The position numbers and the translations under genes are program-made. Of a DNA stretch of 64,000 nt, positions 11,593-23,000 are shown piece after piece. This stretch comes from Prochlorococcus sp. AG-679-M23 (GTDB taxonomy: Bacteria > Cyanobacteriota > Cyanobacteriia > PCC-6307 > Cyanobiaceae), in NCBI GenBank assembly GCA_003208875.1, contig QCUR01000006.1:64001-128000 (forward strand), given 5' to 3'. A model generated the notes under the pieces. That model saw nothing but the letters and a program-made list of their open reading frames with translations, was not told where the DNA came from and did no database searches. How positions within the stretch are numbered: position 1 is the stretch's first letter; each line of letters opens with the position of its first letter.

Positions 11593-11838
11593 ATGGTAAA
11601 AGGTTTTTCTGAAAGTGAAGTTAAAAATGATAAACCTATTAAGGATTTGGGAAAAGAGAAAAAAGGTTTAGCTTCTTTTCTTAAAGGAAAAAAATTTACT
11701 TATACCTTACCAGGTAAAAAGCAGATTAATATATTTGGTTCAGTTGTATTAGTTTTAAATATAATTTTAGTACTTTTGGTTATTTTGTATTTTAATAATC
11801 AAGGCTTTCATGATTTTATCTTTAATGTTGGTCGATAA
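11593..11838 (+). CDS. Hypothetical single-TM membrane protein
   Basis: ATG with AAGGG upstream; basic N-terminus plus one long hydrophobic helix. Confidence 0.65.
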   Translation: MVKGFSESEVKNDKPIKDLGKEKKGLASFLKGKKFTYTLPGKKQINIFGSVVLVLNIILVLLVILYFNNQGFHDFIFNVGR

Positions 11839-11897
11839 CTTAATTTTTTATCGAAAGAATTTTAGAAGTGATATATTTAAATTTTCATAGGAAATAC

Positions 11898-12155
11898 ATG
11901 AAGATAGTTAGCTTATTTTTTCAAGTGGTTATATCAGTTGTACTTATTGGATTTTCAGTATACTTTTTAAGTGGTTATGACTCTGCTTTCGAGGCGGATC
12001 AGTCATGTCACTCATATCTTTCAAATTTGTCTGACCCATCAAATAGCTTAGGCTGTGATCATGATACTGAAACTCATCAATGGATACTATATGAGACTCA
12101 GGATAATTTAGAACCAGCAAAAATTATCAAAAAATATAGATATAAGTTTTTATAG
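11898..12155 (+). CDS. Hypothetical membrane-anchored protein
   Basis: N-terminal TM helix, then a YDSAFEADQ.CH...GCDHDTETHQWILY domain; AGGA before ATG 11898. Confidence 0.65.
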   Translation: MKIVSLFFQVVISVVLIGFSVYFLSGYDSAFEADQSCHSYLSNLSDPSNSLGCDHDTETHQWILYETQDNLEPAKIIKKYRYKFL

Positions 12156-12362
12156 TTTAATTTTTTTATAAAAGAATTTGGCACTTATAATTGAAATGAT
12201 TGCTGTAATTGTAAAAGTAAGATATTGATATATGCTTCCCTCTTGATAGATATTATTTTTATAAAGAGGAAAATCTATAAATGAACCAAATGTTCCCCAA
12301 ATTATTACCCAAGCTGAAATATATAGAGAAATTTTTAATGGATTAGATTTTTTTTCTTCCAT
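12150..12362 (-). CDS. Hypothetical two-TM protein
   Basis: Two hydrophobic segments; directly downstream of the hli gene. Confidence 0.6.
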   Translation of the reverse strand: MEEKKSNPLKISLYISAWVIIWGTFGSFIDFPLYKNNIYQEGSIYQYLTFTITAIISIISAKFFYKKIKL

Positions 12363-12364
12363 TT

Positions 12365-12631
12365 TCAATTTATACCAAAGATTGAGGAAGTAACAGGTCT
12401 TCCTTTAAAAACTAATTCGGTTAATAAGAGCATTAAAAAACCGATCATAGCTGCTCTGCCATTAACAAGTTCAGCACTACTATTAAATCCAAAAACATCT
12501 TTTACTTCATCACCTTGATTATCAACCCACTTTGAATATTCACTATCAGAAGATGTATTATTTGTATCTTCATTTAGATTTTCAATAGGACTATTATCCG
12601 AATTTTCTAATGGAGGATTTTCTTCTTTCAT
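12365..12631 (-). CDS. hli: High-light-inducible protein (HLIP, CAB superfamily)
   Basis: AELVNGRAAMIGF chlorophyll-binding motif, acidic N-terminal extension. Confidence 0.93.
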   Translation of the reverse strand: MKEENPPLENSDNSPIENLNEDTNNTSSDSEYSKWVDNQGDEVKDVFGFNSSAELVNGRAAMIGFLMLLLTELVFKGRPVTSSIFGIN

Positions 12632-12688
12632 GAAAAATGTCTTTTTAATAATAATAGTGACTTAAAACAAATTTCATTGAATTCGATT

Positions 12689-13699
12689 TCAAATATTAAA
12701 AAAAATTATGGTAAAAGTAATTATCCATAGTATTTGAAGTCTTAAAATTAATTGACAAATAATATTTATTTTTTCTTTCGAGCAAATATCACCATTTGAA
12801 TTAATAATTGGCTTTTCAATAATTTCATCATTGTATTTGTTCTCACCGCCTAATTTGATATTGGAAATATATGCAAAAATAGCCTCTGAAATACCAGAAT
12901 TAGGAGAATCATATTTAATTCCATCAGAGTAACTTTTTTTAATGATAGAAATATATTTTTTAATTTTAGAACTGACCAAAGGTAATGTTAATAAAACTAA
13001 TCTACTTGGAAGGAAAGTTGAACAATCTTCAATTTTTGCACTAAAAAAACCTAGATATTTGTACTGGTCATATTTATAGCCGATCATTGAATCCAAAGTA
13101 CTTATTGCTTTATATGAAAAGCCAAGTGATAAAGGACCTGGAAGAAAAATCGAAAATTTGATAAAAACTGTTCCAATAAATATCCAAAAAAGGGGACCAA
13201 AAATCCCATCAACTGAATTTTCTGTAAGACTTTCAATACTTGATCTCAAAAGATGCTCTAACGAAGCTGTACTCACATCTCTACTTACAATTCTTTGAAC
13301 TTTTTCTTTAACTATTTGTTCAGTTTTTTGATCAATTTTGTCGTTTATAAGATTTGAAATTTCTTTTACGCTCGAGATTAGACTTTTTGAAGCTAAACAA
13401 CTCGATAAGCCTAAGAAGATTAATATTCCAAAAATAAGATTGCTTTTAGATTGAATGAAAATTAATTCAATAACCTTACCTATCACAAAGCTTGTCGCGA
13501 TAGTGGATAGTGCAATAAATAATCCGCCCCAAAATAATACCCACTTATTTTTCTTGAAATAATGGATAAAAAAATTAGTTATTTGTTTTATGTAAATCCC
13601 AATTATTTGTACAGGATGGATGATAAACCTTGGATCACCAATTAAAAGATCAAACCCAATCGAGCCAATAAATATATAATATAAATTTATTTCAGCCAA
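12689..13699 (-). CDS. cbiB: Adenosylcobinamide-phosphate synthase
   Basis: GDP...[34 protein letters not shown] motifs. Confidence 0.93.
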   Translation of the reverse strand: MAEINLYYIFIGSIGFDLLIGDPRFIIHPVQIIGIYIKQITNFFIHYFKKNKWVLFWGGLFIALSTIATSFVIGKVIELIFIQSKSNLIFGILIFLGLSSCLASKSLISSVKEISNLINDKIDQKTEQIVKEKVQRIVSRDVSTASLEHLLRSSIESLTENSVDGIFGPLFWIFIGTVFIKFSIFLPGPLSLGFSYKAISTLDSMIGYKYDQYKYLGFFSAKIEDCSTFLPSRLVLLTLPLVSSKIKKYISIIKKSYSDGIKYDSPNSGISEAIFAYISNIKLGGENKYNDEIIEKPIINSNGDICSKEKINIICQLILRLQILWIITFTIIFFNI

Positions 13700-14676
13700 C
13701 TGAACATAGCACGAAGACCTTTCCCAACTTTTTCTATCTCGTGTTTAGAATTTTCTTCTCTCAATTTTGTCATTAAGGGTTTGTTATTATCACATTCATC
13801 TACAAAATTCTTAGCGAAAGTACCATCTTGAATATCTTTTAAAATTTTTTGCATTTCTCTCTTTGTATCATTATTTATAAGTCTTTTCCCACTTACATAA
13901 TCACCATATTCTGCAGTATTTGAAATTGAATCTCTCATTTGAGATAATCCTCCCTTGACCATAAGATCGACAATTAACTTTACTTCGTGTAAACACTCAA
14001 AATATGCTAATTCGGGTTGATATCCTGCCTCAACGAGAGTTTCAAATCCTGATTTAACTAGTTCTGATAAACCACCACATAGAACTGCCTGTTCTCCAAA
14101 AAGATCTGTTTCAGTTTCTTCTTTGAAATTTGTTTCAAGAATTCCAGCTCTTGTACCTCCAATACCCTTGGCATAAGACATAGCTAATGATCTCGCATTG
14201 CCTGAATAGTCCTGTTCAACTGCAAATAGAGCAGGAACTCCTTGGCCATTCTGATATTCCCAACGAACAGTATGTCCAGGCCCTTTTGGTGCAATCATTA
14301 CAACGTCGACAAAACTAGGTGGCTTAATGAGTTCGAATCTTATATTGAATCCATGAGCAAAACTTAATATTTTACCTTCTTTTAAATTTGGTTCTATCTC
14401 TTTGATATAAACCTCTTTTTGGAACTCATCTGGAAGCAGAATCATAATCCAATCTGCTTTTTCACAAGCCTCAGAAACAGTAAATACTTTTAATCCATCA
14501 TTAATAGCTTTGCTTTCAGAATTACTACCTTTGTATAACCCTACTATTACATCCATTCCACTGTCTTTAAGATTTAAAGCGTGTGCATGGCCTTGTGAAC
14601 CGTAGCCTATTATTGCGATAGTTTTATTTTTTAATAGACTTAGGTCAGCATCTATGTCATAAAAGAGTTGTGTCAT
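13687..14676 (-). CDS. ilvC: Ketol-acid reductoisomerase
   Basis: [37 protein letters not shown]. Confidence 0.98.
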   Translation of the reverse strand: MTQLFYDIDADLSLLKNKTIAIIGYGSQGHAHALNLKDSGMDVIVGLYKGSNSESKAINDGLKVFTVSEACEKADWIMILLPDEFQKEVYIKEIEPNLKEGKILSFAHGFNIRFELIKPPSFVDVVMIAPKGPGHTVRWEYQNGQGVPALFAVEQDYSGNARSLAMSYAKGIGGTRAGILETNFKEETETDLFGEQAVLCGGLSELVKSGFETLVEAGYQPELAYFECLHEVKLIVDLMVKGGLSQMRDSISNTAEYGDYVSGKRLINNDTKREMQKILKDIQDGTFAKNFVDECDNNKPLMTKLREENSKHEIEKVGKGLRAMFSWLK

Positions 14677-14792
14677 TAGTTGTAACTTCTAAACTTTTGA
14701 TAGTTAATATTTTAGACATTAAAGGTGTAAATAAACCATATAATTGCTCATTTAAAAATTAATATTTAAATATTAATTTTAGAAAATAAGAG

Positions 14793-15398
14793 CTAGCTGG
14801 CCTCGCTTGGATGTGAAATTACTCTATCAATTAGCCCATAGTTTTTAGCTTCTTCAGCACTTAAAAAATAATCTCTGTCAGTATCTTTCTCTATTTTTTC
14901 AAAGGATTGTCCTGTCATATCAGACATAGAGTGATTCAACATATCTTTAATTCTCAGTATTTCTTTAGCTTCTATTTCAATATCGCTAGCCTGACGTTGT
15001 GAAGTCCCTCCCAGTGGTTGATGAATCATAATTCGACTATGAGGAAGAGCAACCCTTTTACCTTTAGTACCAGCACCTAGTAAAAATGCTCCCATTGAGG
15101 CTGCAAGACCTACGCATATAGTGACAACATCGCTTTTTACATATTTGATAGTGTCATATATTGCTAAACCCGCAGTGACTGATCCGCCAGGACTATTTAT
15201 GTAAAGATAAATAGGTTTTGTATTATCATCAGAATCAAGGTAGAGCATTTGAGCTACTAAGCTGTTCGCAATTCCATCATTAACTTCTTGCCCGAGAAAT
15301 AAAATCCTCTCAACCCCCAATCTTGTATAAATGTCTACCCATCTTTCGTATTGACTACCTGGGAGTCTATAAGGGACGCTTGGAGTTCCTATTGGCAT
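14793..15398 (-). CDS. clpP: ATP-dependent Clp protease proteolytic subunit
   Basis: [15 protein letters not shown] (catalytic Ser), RIMIHQP. Confidence 0.96.
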   Translation of the reverse strand: MPIGTPSVPYRLPGSQYERWVDIYTRLGVERILFLGQEVNDGIANSLVAQMLYLDSDDNTKPIYLYINSPGGSVTAGLAIYDTIKYVKSDVVTICVGLAASMGAFLLGAGTKGKRVALPHSRIMIHQPLGGTSQRQASDIEIEAKEILRIKDMLNHSMSDMTGQSFEKIEKDTDRDYFLSAEEAKNYGLIDRVISHPSEAS

Positions 15399-15431
15399 AA
15401 TTTTAAAAAAGTAGTGAGTTAAAAGTAAGGA

Positions 15432-16094
15432 TTAAATGTTATTTGGCAAATCTTTTTGACTTGTGAGTATTCTATCTATCACTCCATAATCTAGAGCTTC
15501 TTGAGGGTTAAGATAACTCATCCTGTCAGAGTCTTTCGAGAGCTCTTCAATACTTTTACCAGTATTGCGTGATAGGATCTCCAGCATTGATTTTTTATTT
15601 TTTAATACCTCTTCTGCTCTTATTTGGATATCAGTTGCTTGCCCTCTAGCACCACTAATTGGTTGATGAAGAACAATGGAAGCATGTGGGAGAGCTGCTC
15701 TATGCCCTTTAGTCCCTGAAGACAAGATAACTGCCGCTGTTCCCATTGCTTGTCCAATACAAATTGTATGTATAGGAGGTTTAATGTAGTTGATGGTATC
15801 ACAAATAGCAAAAGCTTCTGTCTCAAAACCAACCGCATCTCCGGTATACCAGCTAGTGCCTGTTGAATTTATATAAAAATATATAGGTTTGTCTGGATCA
15901 TCAAATTCTAAATAAAGGAGTTGAGCAATAATTAGCTCGGTAACATCCATTCCTAATTGTCTTTTAGCGTCATCGTCTGAAAATAACGGCAATCCTAGGT
16001 ATACAATTCTCTCTTTTAGCAGAAGAGAAGGTAAATCTGGTGGAGGAGTCCTCATAGCGGTATTTTCACCGTAATAAGGAGCAGATACAGTCAT
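15432..16094 (-). CDS. clpR: Clp protease subunit, ClpR-like (non-catalytic)
   Basis: PPPDLPSLLLKERIVYLG; the catalytic Ser position reads GQAMGTA. Confidence 0.85.
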   Translation of the reverse strand: MTVSAPYYGENTAMRTPPPDLPSLLLKERIVYLGLPLFSDDDAKRQLGMDVTELIIAQLLYLEFDDPDKPIYFYINSTGTSWYTGDAVGFETEAFAICDTINYIKPPIHTICIGQAMGTAAVILSSGTKGHRAALPHASIVLHQPISGARGQATDIQIRAEEVLKNKKSMLEILSRNTGKSIEELSKDSDRMSYLNPQEALDYGVIDRILTSQKDLPNNI

Positions 16095-16134
16095 ATGTTC
16101 TACAAAATAAATTCTAGTTTGATTCTAGCTATAT

Positions 16135-17244
16135 TTATCCCTGTGTCGCTGGAGATTTAAAAGATTTGTTTGACTCCGGATTATTTATCAATTTCCCAAA
16201 TACCATTCTTCCAGTTGGCGTTTGCAATGCACCAGTGATAACTACGTCTAGTCTTTCTCCAACAAATTTCTTTGCATCATCAATTACGACCATTGTTCCA
16301 TCATCTAAATATCCAATTCCTTGCAATTTTTCTTTACCCTCTCTGACTATTTTTATATTAAGTGATTCTCCAGGCTGTACTTCTGGCCTTAAAGCTATAA
16401 CTAAATCGCTCAAATTCATAACTTTTAATTCTTTTACCTCTGCAATTTGAGAAAGGTTATAATCTGCCGTAATTAAAGTACCTGCCATATCCTCCGTAAT
16501 TCTTAGAAGTTTTTCATCTACACCATTCCCCTCATATTTAGTTGGGTTTATTACAAGTCTTCTTCCATATAGTTCTCTCAGCTCTTTTAATAATTTAAGA
16601 CCTCTTCTTCCTTTTCCTCTTTTTTCGTTACTACTAGAGTCAGCTAAAGTTTGTAGCTCATCAATTACACTTTGGGCCACAATTAATTGCCCCTCAAGTA
16701 ATCCACAGCTTAATAAACCATTTATCCTTCCATCAATTATTACACTAGTATCAAGAATTTTTGGGCTTGCTGCTGGAATTATTCCTTCGTTTACCAAATA
16801 AGCGTCGGTATTAGTAGGATTAAAAAGTCTTAACAATGTCCTGCCGTGAGTATCAGCTAATTTATAACCAAGTGCCCCAAAGAAAAAATTACTAAGAATG
16901 GCTGCTAAAGGTTTTGCAAAAAATACTTCCCTTGGAAATGGAATCAACAATATTGGAGCAAGTAGTAGATTTGCAACAAGTAATCCCAAAATTAACCCTA
17001 CCGCTCTACTTATTAATAAATCCGTAGGCATTGTACGTATTTGATCAAGGAATGTCTTTCTAAGCTGTAAAAATACAAAACCTGCTGCTAATCCAATAAA
17101 AAATCCTATTATCGCTAGTACAATTCTAAAACCTTCTACATTAGAGACTTGTTTAAGTATGTCTATTGGTAGAAGATCAACCCCAAGCCATCCTGATGCT
17201 GCTCCAGACAATACAAATAAAATTAGTACTAAGATATCTGTCAT
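16135..17244 (-). CDS. PIN/TRAM domain membrane protein
   Basis: KILDTSVIIDGRI PIN motif, GYLDDGTMVV TRAM domain, N-terminal TM helices. Confidence 0.92.
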   Translation of the reverse strand: MTDILVLILFVLSGAASGWLGVDLLPIDILKQVSNVEGFRIVLAIIGFFIGLAAGFVFLQLRKTFLDQIRTMPTDLLISRAVGLILGLLVANLLLAPILLIPFPREVFFAKPLAAILSNFFFGALGYKLADTHGRTLLRLFNPTNTDAYLVNEGIIPAASPKILDTSVIIDGRINGLLSCGLLEGQLIVAQSVIDELQTLADSSSNEKRGKGRRGLKLLKELRELYGRRLVINPTKYEGNGVDEKLLRITEDMAGTLITADYNLSQIAEVKELKVMNLSDLVIALRPEVQPGESLNIKIVREGKEKLQGIGYLDDGTMVVIDDAKKFVGERLDVVITGALQTPTGRMVFGKLINNPESNKSFKSPATQG

Positions 17245-17339
17245 ATATATAATCTACTAGGATTTATTAATTGAGTAAATAAAGATTTTATTTTAAAAAC
17301 TCCTTTATGTTTTTTTTTTAAGCTTTATATTTTGTTTCT

Positions 17340-18566
17340 ATGATGAATAAATTGCCAAGAAGTGCTTACGTACACATACCTTTTTGCCACAGAAGATGTT
17401 TCTATTGTGATTTTGCAGTTATACCTTTAGGCAATAAAATCGAAAGTTTAGAGGGATTTGGGAGTAAAACCGTAAAAGAATATTTAACCTATTTAAAAAA
17501 AGAAATATTATCAATCAAACATAAATCTCCTCTTTCAACAATTTATATCGGTGGTGGAACTCCTTCAATTTTACATCCCTTACAGATTAAAGATTTAATA
17601 AATCTTTTTAAGGAGAGTTATAAAATTGATTATGGTGCCGAAATTACAATGGAAGTTGACCCAGCCAGTTTTAATGAGGATGATCTATATGGGTTTATAA
17701 AGGCTGGGATTAATAGATTTAGTCTTGGTGTTCAAAGTTTTAATAATAAGGTTCTAGTACAGGCAGGCAGAAGACATTGCAGTAAAGATGTAGAAAATTC
17801 TTGTTTTTGGTTAAAGAGCGCATATGATCATGGTCTTATAAAAAGTTGGAGTTTGGATTTAATTCAAAATTTACCAAGAAGTGGGTTTAAAAAATGGCAA
17901 GAAGACTTAAAACAATCATTAAAGTTCTGTCCTCCACACATATCAATTTATGATTTAAGTATTGAGAATGGCACTGTTTTTAAGAAATTAGTTGACTTAG
18001 GTAAACTATCTTTACCAAATGATGATGAAGCTTATAAAAATAGTGAGTTAACAAATTTTATCTTGAAAGCTTCAGGTTATTCAAGATATGAAATTTCTAA
18101 TTACTCTATTCCTGGACATCAATCAAGACATAATAGAGTTTATTGGAAAGGTTTAGGATGGTGGAGTTTTGGTCAAGGGTCGACTAGTTCTCCTTGGGGG
18201 GATAATTTTACAAGGCCAAGAATTAGTAAAGATTATAAAAAATGGGTAACTAAGCAATGCGAAATCAAATTAGAATATTCACTCATTAATCAAAAAAATA
18301 TTTATAAAGAATTGGATGAGAAAATAATGTTAGGAATGAGACTTAAAGAGGGCATTAATATTTATAACTTATTAAATGAACAAAATTGGGATAATAAAAA
18401 GTCCAAAATAGCTTTAACAAAGTTATTAAAAGCATGGGCCCCCTTCCTAGAGAGTGGCCTTTTGATTAAAAGAGGAAATAGATTTTTTTTAAGTGATCCA
18501 AAAGGAATGGAATTAAGCAATCAAATTCTTGTTTCAATGTTTAGGTGGTGGGAAAAATTTAATTGA
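17340..18566 (+). CDS. hemW: Radical SAM heme chaperone (HemN-like)
   Basis: YVHIPFCHRRCFYCDF, GGGTPS, YEISN, HNRVYW. Confidence 0.9.
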   Translation: MMNKLPRSAYVHIPFCHRRCFYCDFAVIPLGNKIESLEGFGSKTVKEYLTYLKKEILSIKHKSPLSTIYIGGGTPSILHPLQIKDLINLFKESYKIDYGAEITMEVDPASFNEDDLYGFIKAGINRFSLGVQSFNNKVLVQAGRRHCSKDVENSCFWLKSAYDHGLIKSWSLDLIQNLPRSGFKKWQEDLKQSLKFCPPHISIYDLSIENGTVFKKLVDLGKLSLPNDDEAYKNSELTNFILKASGYSRYEISNYSIPGHQSRHNRVYWKGLGWWSFGQGSTSSPWGDNFTRPRISKDYKKWVTKQCEIKLEYSLINQKNIYKELDEKIMLGMRLKEGINIYNLLNEQNWDNKKSKIALTKLLKAWAPFLESGLLIKRGNRFFLSDPKGMELSNQILVSMFRWWEKFN

Positions 18567-19332
18567 GCTTTTCTGCTGCTACCCATTCTTTTAGTTTTTC
18601 ACCAAACAATTTTTTCCCATCAATAATTGGTCTACAAAATGGAGGTTGCTTATCATTTAGTCCTAACAAATCAGCAGTAACTCTTACTTGTCCATCACAA
18701 AATTTCCCTGCACCTATACCTATTGTTGGGATCTCTAATTCGGTTTGAATTTCTTTAGCAAGTAATTCTGGTATATGTTCTAAAACGATAGAAAAACATC
18801 CTAATTTTTCTAGTGATAAAGCATCTCTTTTGATTTTTTCGTGACTTTCTGCATTGTTCCCTTGTTGTTTAAATCCAAGATTCAAATAGCTCTGCGGAGT
18901 AAGCCCTAAATGTCCCATGACAGGAATCCCCATCCTTATCAGCCTTGAAATAACATTCTGTACCTCTGGATCAGAACCCTCAACTTTTACTGCCTTTGCA
19001 TAAGTATTCTTAATTACTTTTCCGGCATATTCAACTGCCTTATTTTCTCCGCATTGATAAGTAAGAAAAGGCATATCACATACTAATAAGGGCTGTTCTT
19101 CTATTACTTTGCTGAACCCTCTAGAAACTGCATTTGTATGATAAATCATATTCTCTAACGTAACAGGCAAGGTCGATTTATATCCTAAACAGACCATTGC
19201 TAAAGAGTCTCCCACCAGAACAATATCTGATCCTGATTGTTCAGCTAGAGAACCTGAAATAGAGTCCCATGCAGTTAATACAATAATCTTTTGAGATTTT
19301 TTTTTATATTTAACTAGTTCTGATGGCAACAT
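18559..19332 (-). CDS. panB: 3-methyl-2-oxobutanoate hydroxymethyltransferase
   Basis: LVGDSL, VKVEG, GHLGLTPQ, IGIGAG; start placed at ATG 19332 because the longer ORF runs into the SRP RNA. Confidence 0.95.
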   Translation of the reverse strand: MLPSELVKYKKKSQKIIVLTAWDSISGSLAEQSGSDIVLVGDSLAMVCLGYKSTLPVTLENMIYHTNAVSRGFSKVIEEQPLLVCDMPFLTYQCGENKAVEYAGKVIKNTYAKAVKVEGSDPEVQNVISRLIRMGIPVMGHLGLTPQSYLNLGFKQQGNNAESHEKIKRDALSLEKLGCFSIVLEHIPELLAKEIQTELEIPTIGIGAGKFCDGQVRVTADLLGLNDKQPPFCRPIIDGKKLFGEKLKEWVAAEKLN

Positions 19333-19376
19333 AAAAGCTATGTATCTTTTTTTATCAAAAATTGCTAATATTATTT

Positions 19377-19472
19377 TGACTCGGCCTTTCGCGGTTTTAA
19401 CGCCCAAACCTGGTCAGGATCGGAAGGTAGCAGCCACAAGGGATGCTTGAGGCAGGCGAGATAACCGAGTCA
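19377..19472 (+). ncRNA. ffs: Signal recognition particle RNA (4.5S)
   Basis: Domain IV GGTCAGG-ATC-GGAA-GGT-AGCAGCC with a terminal stem TGACTCGG/CCGAGTCA. Confidence 0.93.
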
Positions 19473-19486
19473 CTCAATTTTAGCGA

Positions 19487-20602
19487 TTATTCGATATCTT
19501 TTTTATTCTGCCTTAATCTTAAAAACTCTGGAATATTAGTACCTGTGTCTTTATTATCAGAAATATTATAAAGAGGCTGATTAGATAATCTATTTTTAAT
19601 CCTTTGTTGTTTTAACGGTTGATTAGTTTCGAAACCTGTTGCAATAACAGTTACCTGTATTTCCCCTTCCATTGATTCATCTATAACAGCACCTACTATT
19701 ATGTTTGCTTCTGGATCTACAACATCATAAATAATTTCTGAAGCTGAGGTCATATCTTCTAATGTCATATCTTTCCCCCCTGTAATATTTATCACACAAC
19801 CTTTGGCCCCATCAATTCTTGCCGCTTCTAATAAAGGGCTATTCATTGCCGCTTGAGCAGCCTCTAATGCTCTAGATCTACCAGAACCAATACCTATACC
19901 AAGTAGAGCAGTGCCAGCTTCAGTCATTACGGACCTAACATCAGCAAAATCAACGTTAACTAATCCGGGGCATGTAATTATATCACTTATACCTTTAACT
20001 CCCATCCTTAAAACATCATCAGCATTTCTAAAGGCTTCTTGAAGTGGAGCTCCTGCAATTACGTCTTTTAAACGATCATTTGGAATCACAATTAGCGTAT
20101 CAACGTTTTCTGCTAATCTTGCGATCCCTTCTTCTGCCTGACGCATTCTCCTTTTACCTTCAAAAGAAAATGGCTTGGTTACTATTCCAACAGTTAAAGC
20201 ACCACTTTGCTTGGCAACCTCAGCAACTACTGGAGCTGCTCCTGTCCCAGTTCCTCCTCCCATACCTGCGGCAATAAAAACCAAGTCAGATCCCTCTAAT
20301 GTTTGTTGCAATTCATCTTTAGATTCCTCAGCAGCTTTTTGACCAATACTTGGATTTCCTCCTGCTCCAAGACCTCTTGTTAAGTTCTGTCCTAGTTGAA
20401 CTCTTCTATCTGCAGAAGATTGTAATAATGCTTGCGCGTCAGTATTTAAAACTCTGAATGAAACGCCTTCAAGATCACTATCAATCATCCTGTTTACAGC
20501 ATTACTACCACCCCCCCCGACACCAATAACTTCAATTTTGGCATTCTGACTTGGAAGGATGTCTTTTGATTGATCAAAGTTTGGATTGTTTCCGAAGCTC
20601 AT
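19487..20602 (-). CDS. ftsZ: Cell division protein FtsZ
   Basis: GMGGGTGTG tubulin signature, NVDFAD, C-terminal IPEFLR. Confidence 0.99.
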   Translation of the reverse strand: MSFGNNPNFDQSKDILPSQNAKIEVIGVGGGGSNAVNRMIDSDLEGVSFRVLNTDAQALLQSSADRRVQLGQNLTRGLGAGGNPSIGQKAAEESKDELQQTLEGSDLVFIAAGMGGGTGTGAAPVVAEVAKQSGALTVGIVTKPFSFEGKRRMRQAEEGIARLAENVDTLIVIPNDRLKDVIAGAPLQEAFRNADDVLRMGVKGISDIITCPGLVNVDFADVRSVMTEAGTALLGIGIGSGRSRALEAAQAAMNSPLLEAARIDGAKGCVINITGGKDMTLEDMTSASEIIYDVVDPEANIIVGAVIDESMEGEIQVTVIATGFETNQPLKQQRIKNRLSNQPLYNISDNKDTGTNIPEFLRLRQNKKDIE

Positions 20603-20779
20603 CTCTAAATAAAATCAAATACTAGTATTGGATGCATTATGAACTCACTAAGCTGATATGTAGGATTTTCTTGAAGAAAGTCCTTAAATATTAACTTGTC
20701 AAAAATTAGAGTGAATAACCGAAACCCTTTCAATTACTGATCTAATCAAAAAAACTTTTATGAAATTTGTTTTCAATTA

Positions 20780-21505
20780 TTAGGGTTTGAACACTTTAAT
20801 TTTTGGATTTTCGGGGTCAGTTAGGTCGATATTATCTATTTTTTCTAAAATATTATTTTCTTTTATTTGGTTTTTAATATTATTGACTATTTGTAATTGA
20901 TTTTCTATTTTTTTTGGATTAAATCCTAACAATATTGTTTTAAGACTTTTTTCCTCTAAAGTTAAAAAGCCATTAGGGGAGAAAGTTATTGTAATGAATT
21001 CAACATCGTTATATTTTTGGTAATTCAAAATCTTTGATAATGTCTTTCTAAAATTTTCTTTCCATCCAAAAACTTTACTAGTTATTTTTTTCAAATTTTC
21101 TTGATCTGAATATTTTAGACTGATGAAGAAACCCTCTTCATCAATAAAACCAGTTATTTTTTCCCCTTTAAAAATCCGTTCGCCATAAGCTATTGGAGTT
21201 CTTGTTTTAATTAGAATTTTTAAACCAAAAGGGAATATTTGTCTAAAAATTGAAACATTCTTTAGAGATAAATTCTTTTTTAATTCTTTTTCTGCGTATG
21301 TGGTCTTGATAAATATCAATGAGGTTGGGAGATTTATAGATGAGTTAGCAACTATATCGTCGATAGAAAATAACTCGCTACCAACAATAGAAATTTCTTG
21401 GTAATTAACTTTTTTAAAAGTTTGTGAGGTTGCATAGCTTGTAAAAAATAAAAAAGTAATTAACAAAAAGAACCTTCTATTCTTCAATTTTTGTTGATCC
21501 TTCAC
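20780..21505 (-). CDS. ftsQ: Cell division protein FtsQ/DivIB
   Basis: N-terminal TM, POTRA-like region, C-terminal IDL..PENP; upstream of ftsZ. Confidence 0.8.
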   Translation of the reverse strand: MKDQQKLKNRRFFLLITFLFFTSYATSQTFKKVNYQEISIVGSELFSIDDIVANSSINLPTSLIFIKTTYAEKELKKNLSLKNVSIFRQIFPFGLKILIKTRTPIAYGERIFKGEKITGFIDEEGFFISLKYSDQENLKKITSKVFGWKENFRKTLSKILNYQKYNDVEFITITFSPNGFLTLEEKSLKTILLGFNPKKIENQLQIVNNIKNQIKENNILEKIDNIDLTDPENPKIKVFKP

Positions 21506-21912
21506 AAATCACATCTAACTTTTTTCATAAGTTGATCCATCCACTCTCTTGCCCTCTCTGCATCTGAAAATGGAACATCCATCTCTTTCCCATTCCCAAC
21601 GAGTCTAAGCCTACACTTACCTTGAGATTCATTGGTTAAAGGAGCTTCTCCTGAGGTAAGGGCCAATAACTCTACTAGTTCAAGTTTCTTTATTGTAAAA
21701 CTATCTTTTTCTTCAAATATTCCAGCTTCAAACGCACTCCATCTTAATTCACCATCCTTTAAAAAAGCTGCACCAGAACTATCTAATTTGCAAATTTCAG
21801 AACCACTCGCCCAATTCCTAAAAAGATTTTGCCTTCTTCTTTCTAACCAACCAAGAGCTGTTAAAAGAACGAAGATTAAAAGTAATGGTAACCAAAGAAG
21901 TCCTTGCAACAT
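21502..21912 (-). CDS. Conserved hypothetical membrane-anchored protein
   Basis: N-terminal TM then WLERRRQ; between ddl and ftsQ with a 4-nt overlap. Confidence 0.75.
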   Translation of the reverse strand: MLQGLLWLPLLLIFVLLTALGWLERRRQNLFRNWASGSEICKLDSSGAAFLKDGELRWSAFEAGIFEEKDSFTIKKLELVELLALTSGEAPLTNESQGKCRLRLVGNGKEMDVPFSDAERAREWMDQLMKKVRCDL

Positions 21913-21923
21913 TTGACCTTAAT

Positions 21924-22991
21924 CTATAAATCTGAAGATATTTCTACTAGTTTAGCCACAAGTTGATCAATATTTAAACCTGAAGCATTCCAAAGCATAG
22001 GAAACATACTTTTACTAGTAAAACCAGGAATTGTATTTATTTCATTCAGAAAAATTTTATTTGAAATCTTCTCTAAAAAGAAATCAACCCTTGCAAAACC
22101 ATAAATGTTTAATGCTCTACAACTTCTAATAGTCATATCTTTAATTTGTTTAGAGATTTGAGAATCAATATCAGCTGGAATAATTATTTGATTATCCATC
22201 GAATATTTTGAATCATAATCGTACCAATCTGTTGAATAAGAAACTTCACCGATTTCAGATGTGGTAAGTTTTAAATTACCAATTATTCCGCATTCAAGTT
22301 CTCTTACATCTAAACCTTCCTCGATAACAATTCTTGAGTCTATTTCCCAAGCCTTTTGTAATGCTTTAATTATTTCTGATTTTGTTTTAGCTTTTGAAAT
22401 ACCAAGTGATGAACCTGAATTAGCAGGTTTAATAAAAACTGGTAGCTTTAATTTTTCGATAATCTCAACAGATAGATTATTTTTTACATTTTCATCACTA
22501 AGATCTCGATTTTGGATATCTAAATAATTTACTTGGGGAATTTCTAGATGTGAAAATATTTTTTTCATTAATATCTTATCCATTCCAAGAGCGGAACCTA
22601 AAATTCCTCCTCCCACAATGGGCTTTTGGGTAAATTTTAATAAACCATGAATTGCACCATCTTCTCCATTTACACCATGCAAAAGTGGGAACCATACATC
22701 AATACCTTGAAATTCTATTTTGTTTAAAAAGTTTATTTCTCCTTTAGGTAATACTTGGTACTTATCGGCGGTTTCATTTTTATTCTTTTCTTTTAGTAAT
22801 TCGAGAGATTGGTCGTTATCAAGCCAAACTCCATGCTTATTTATATAAAAAGCTTTAACCGTAAATCTACCAATGTTTGTTTTGGAAATTAAGGCTTTAA
22901 AAACTGTCTTAGCTGAAGATATTGAAACAAAATGTTCGTTAGAATTTCCTCCAAAAATTATTCCAATACATTTTTTTTCTTTTTCTAACAC
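21924..22991 (-). CDS. ddl: D-alanine--D-alanine ligase
   Basis: FGG.SNEH.VS, HGVNGEDG, KPANSGSSLG, NEINTIPG. Confidence 0.97.
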   Translation of the reverse strand: MLEKEKKCIGIIFGGNSNEHFVSISSAKTVFKALISKTNIGRFTVKAFYINKHGVWLDNDQSLELLKEKNKNETADKYQVLPKGEINFLNKIEFQGIDVWFPLLHGVNGEDGAIHGLLKFTQKPIVGGGILGSALGMDKILMKKIFSHLEIPQVNYLDIQNRDLSDENVKNNLSVEIIEKLKLPVFIKPANSGSSLGISKAKTKSEIIKALQKAWEIDSRIVIEEGLDVRELECGIIGNLKLTTSEIGEVSYSTDWYDYDSKYSMDNQIIIPADIDSQISKQIKDMTIRSCRALNIYGFARVDFFLEKISNKIFLNEINTIPGFTSKSMFPMLWNASGLNIDQLVAKLVEISSDL

Positions 22992-23000
22992 TTAGAAAAA

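Noticed and set aside
19333..19407. N-terminal extension of PanB
   Set aside because: It overlaps the SRP RNA and its promoter; ATG 19332 gives a normal-length protein.
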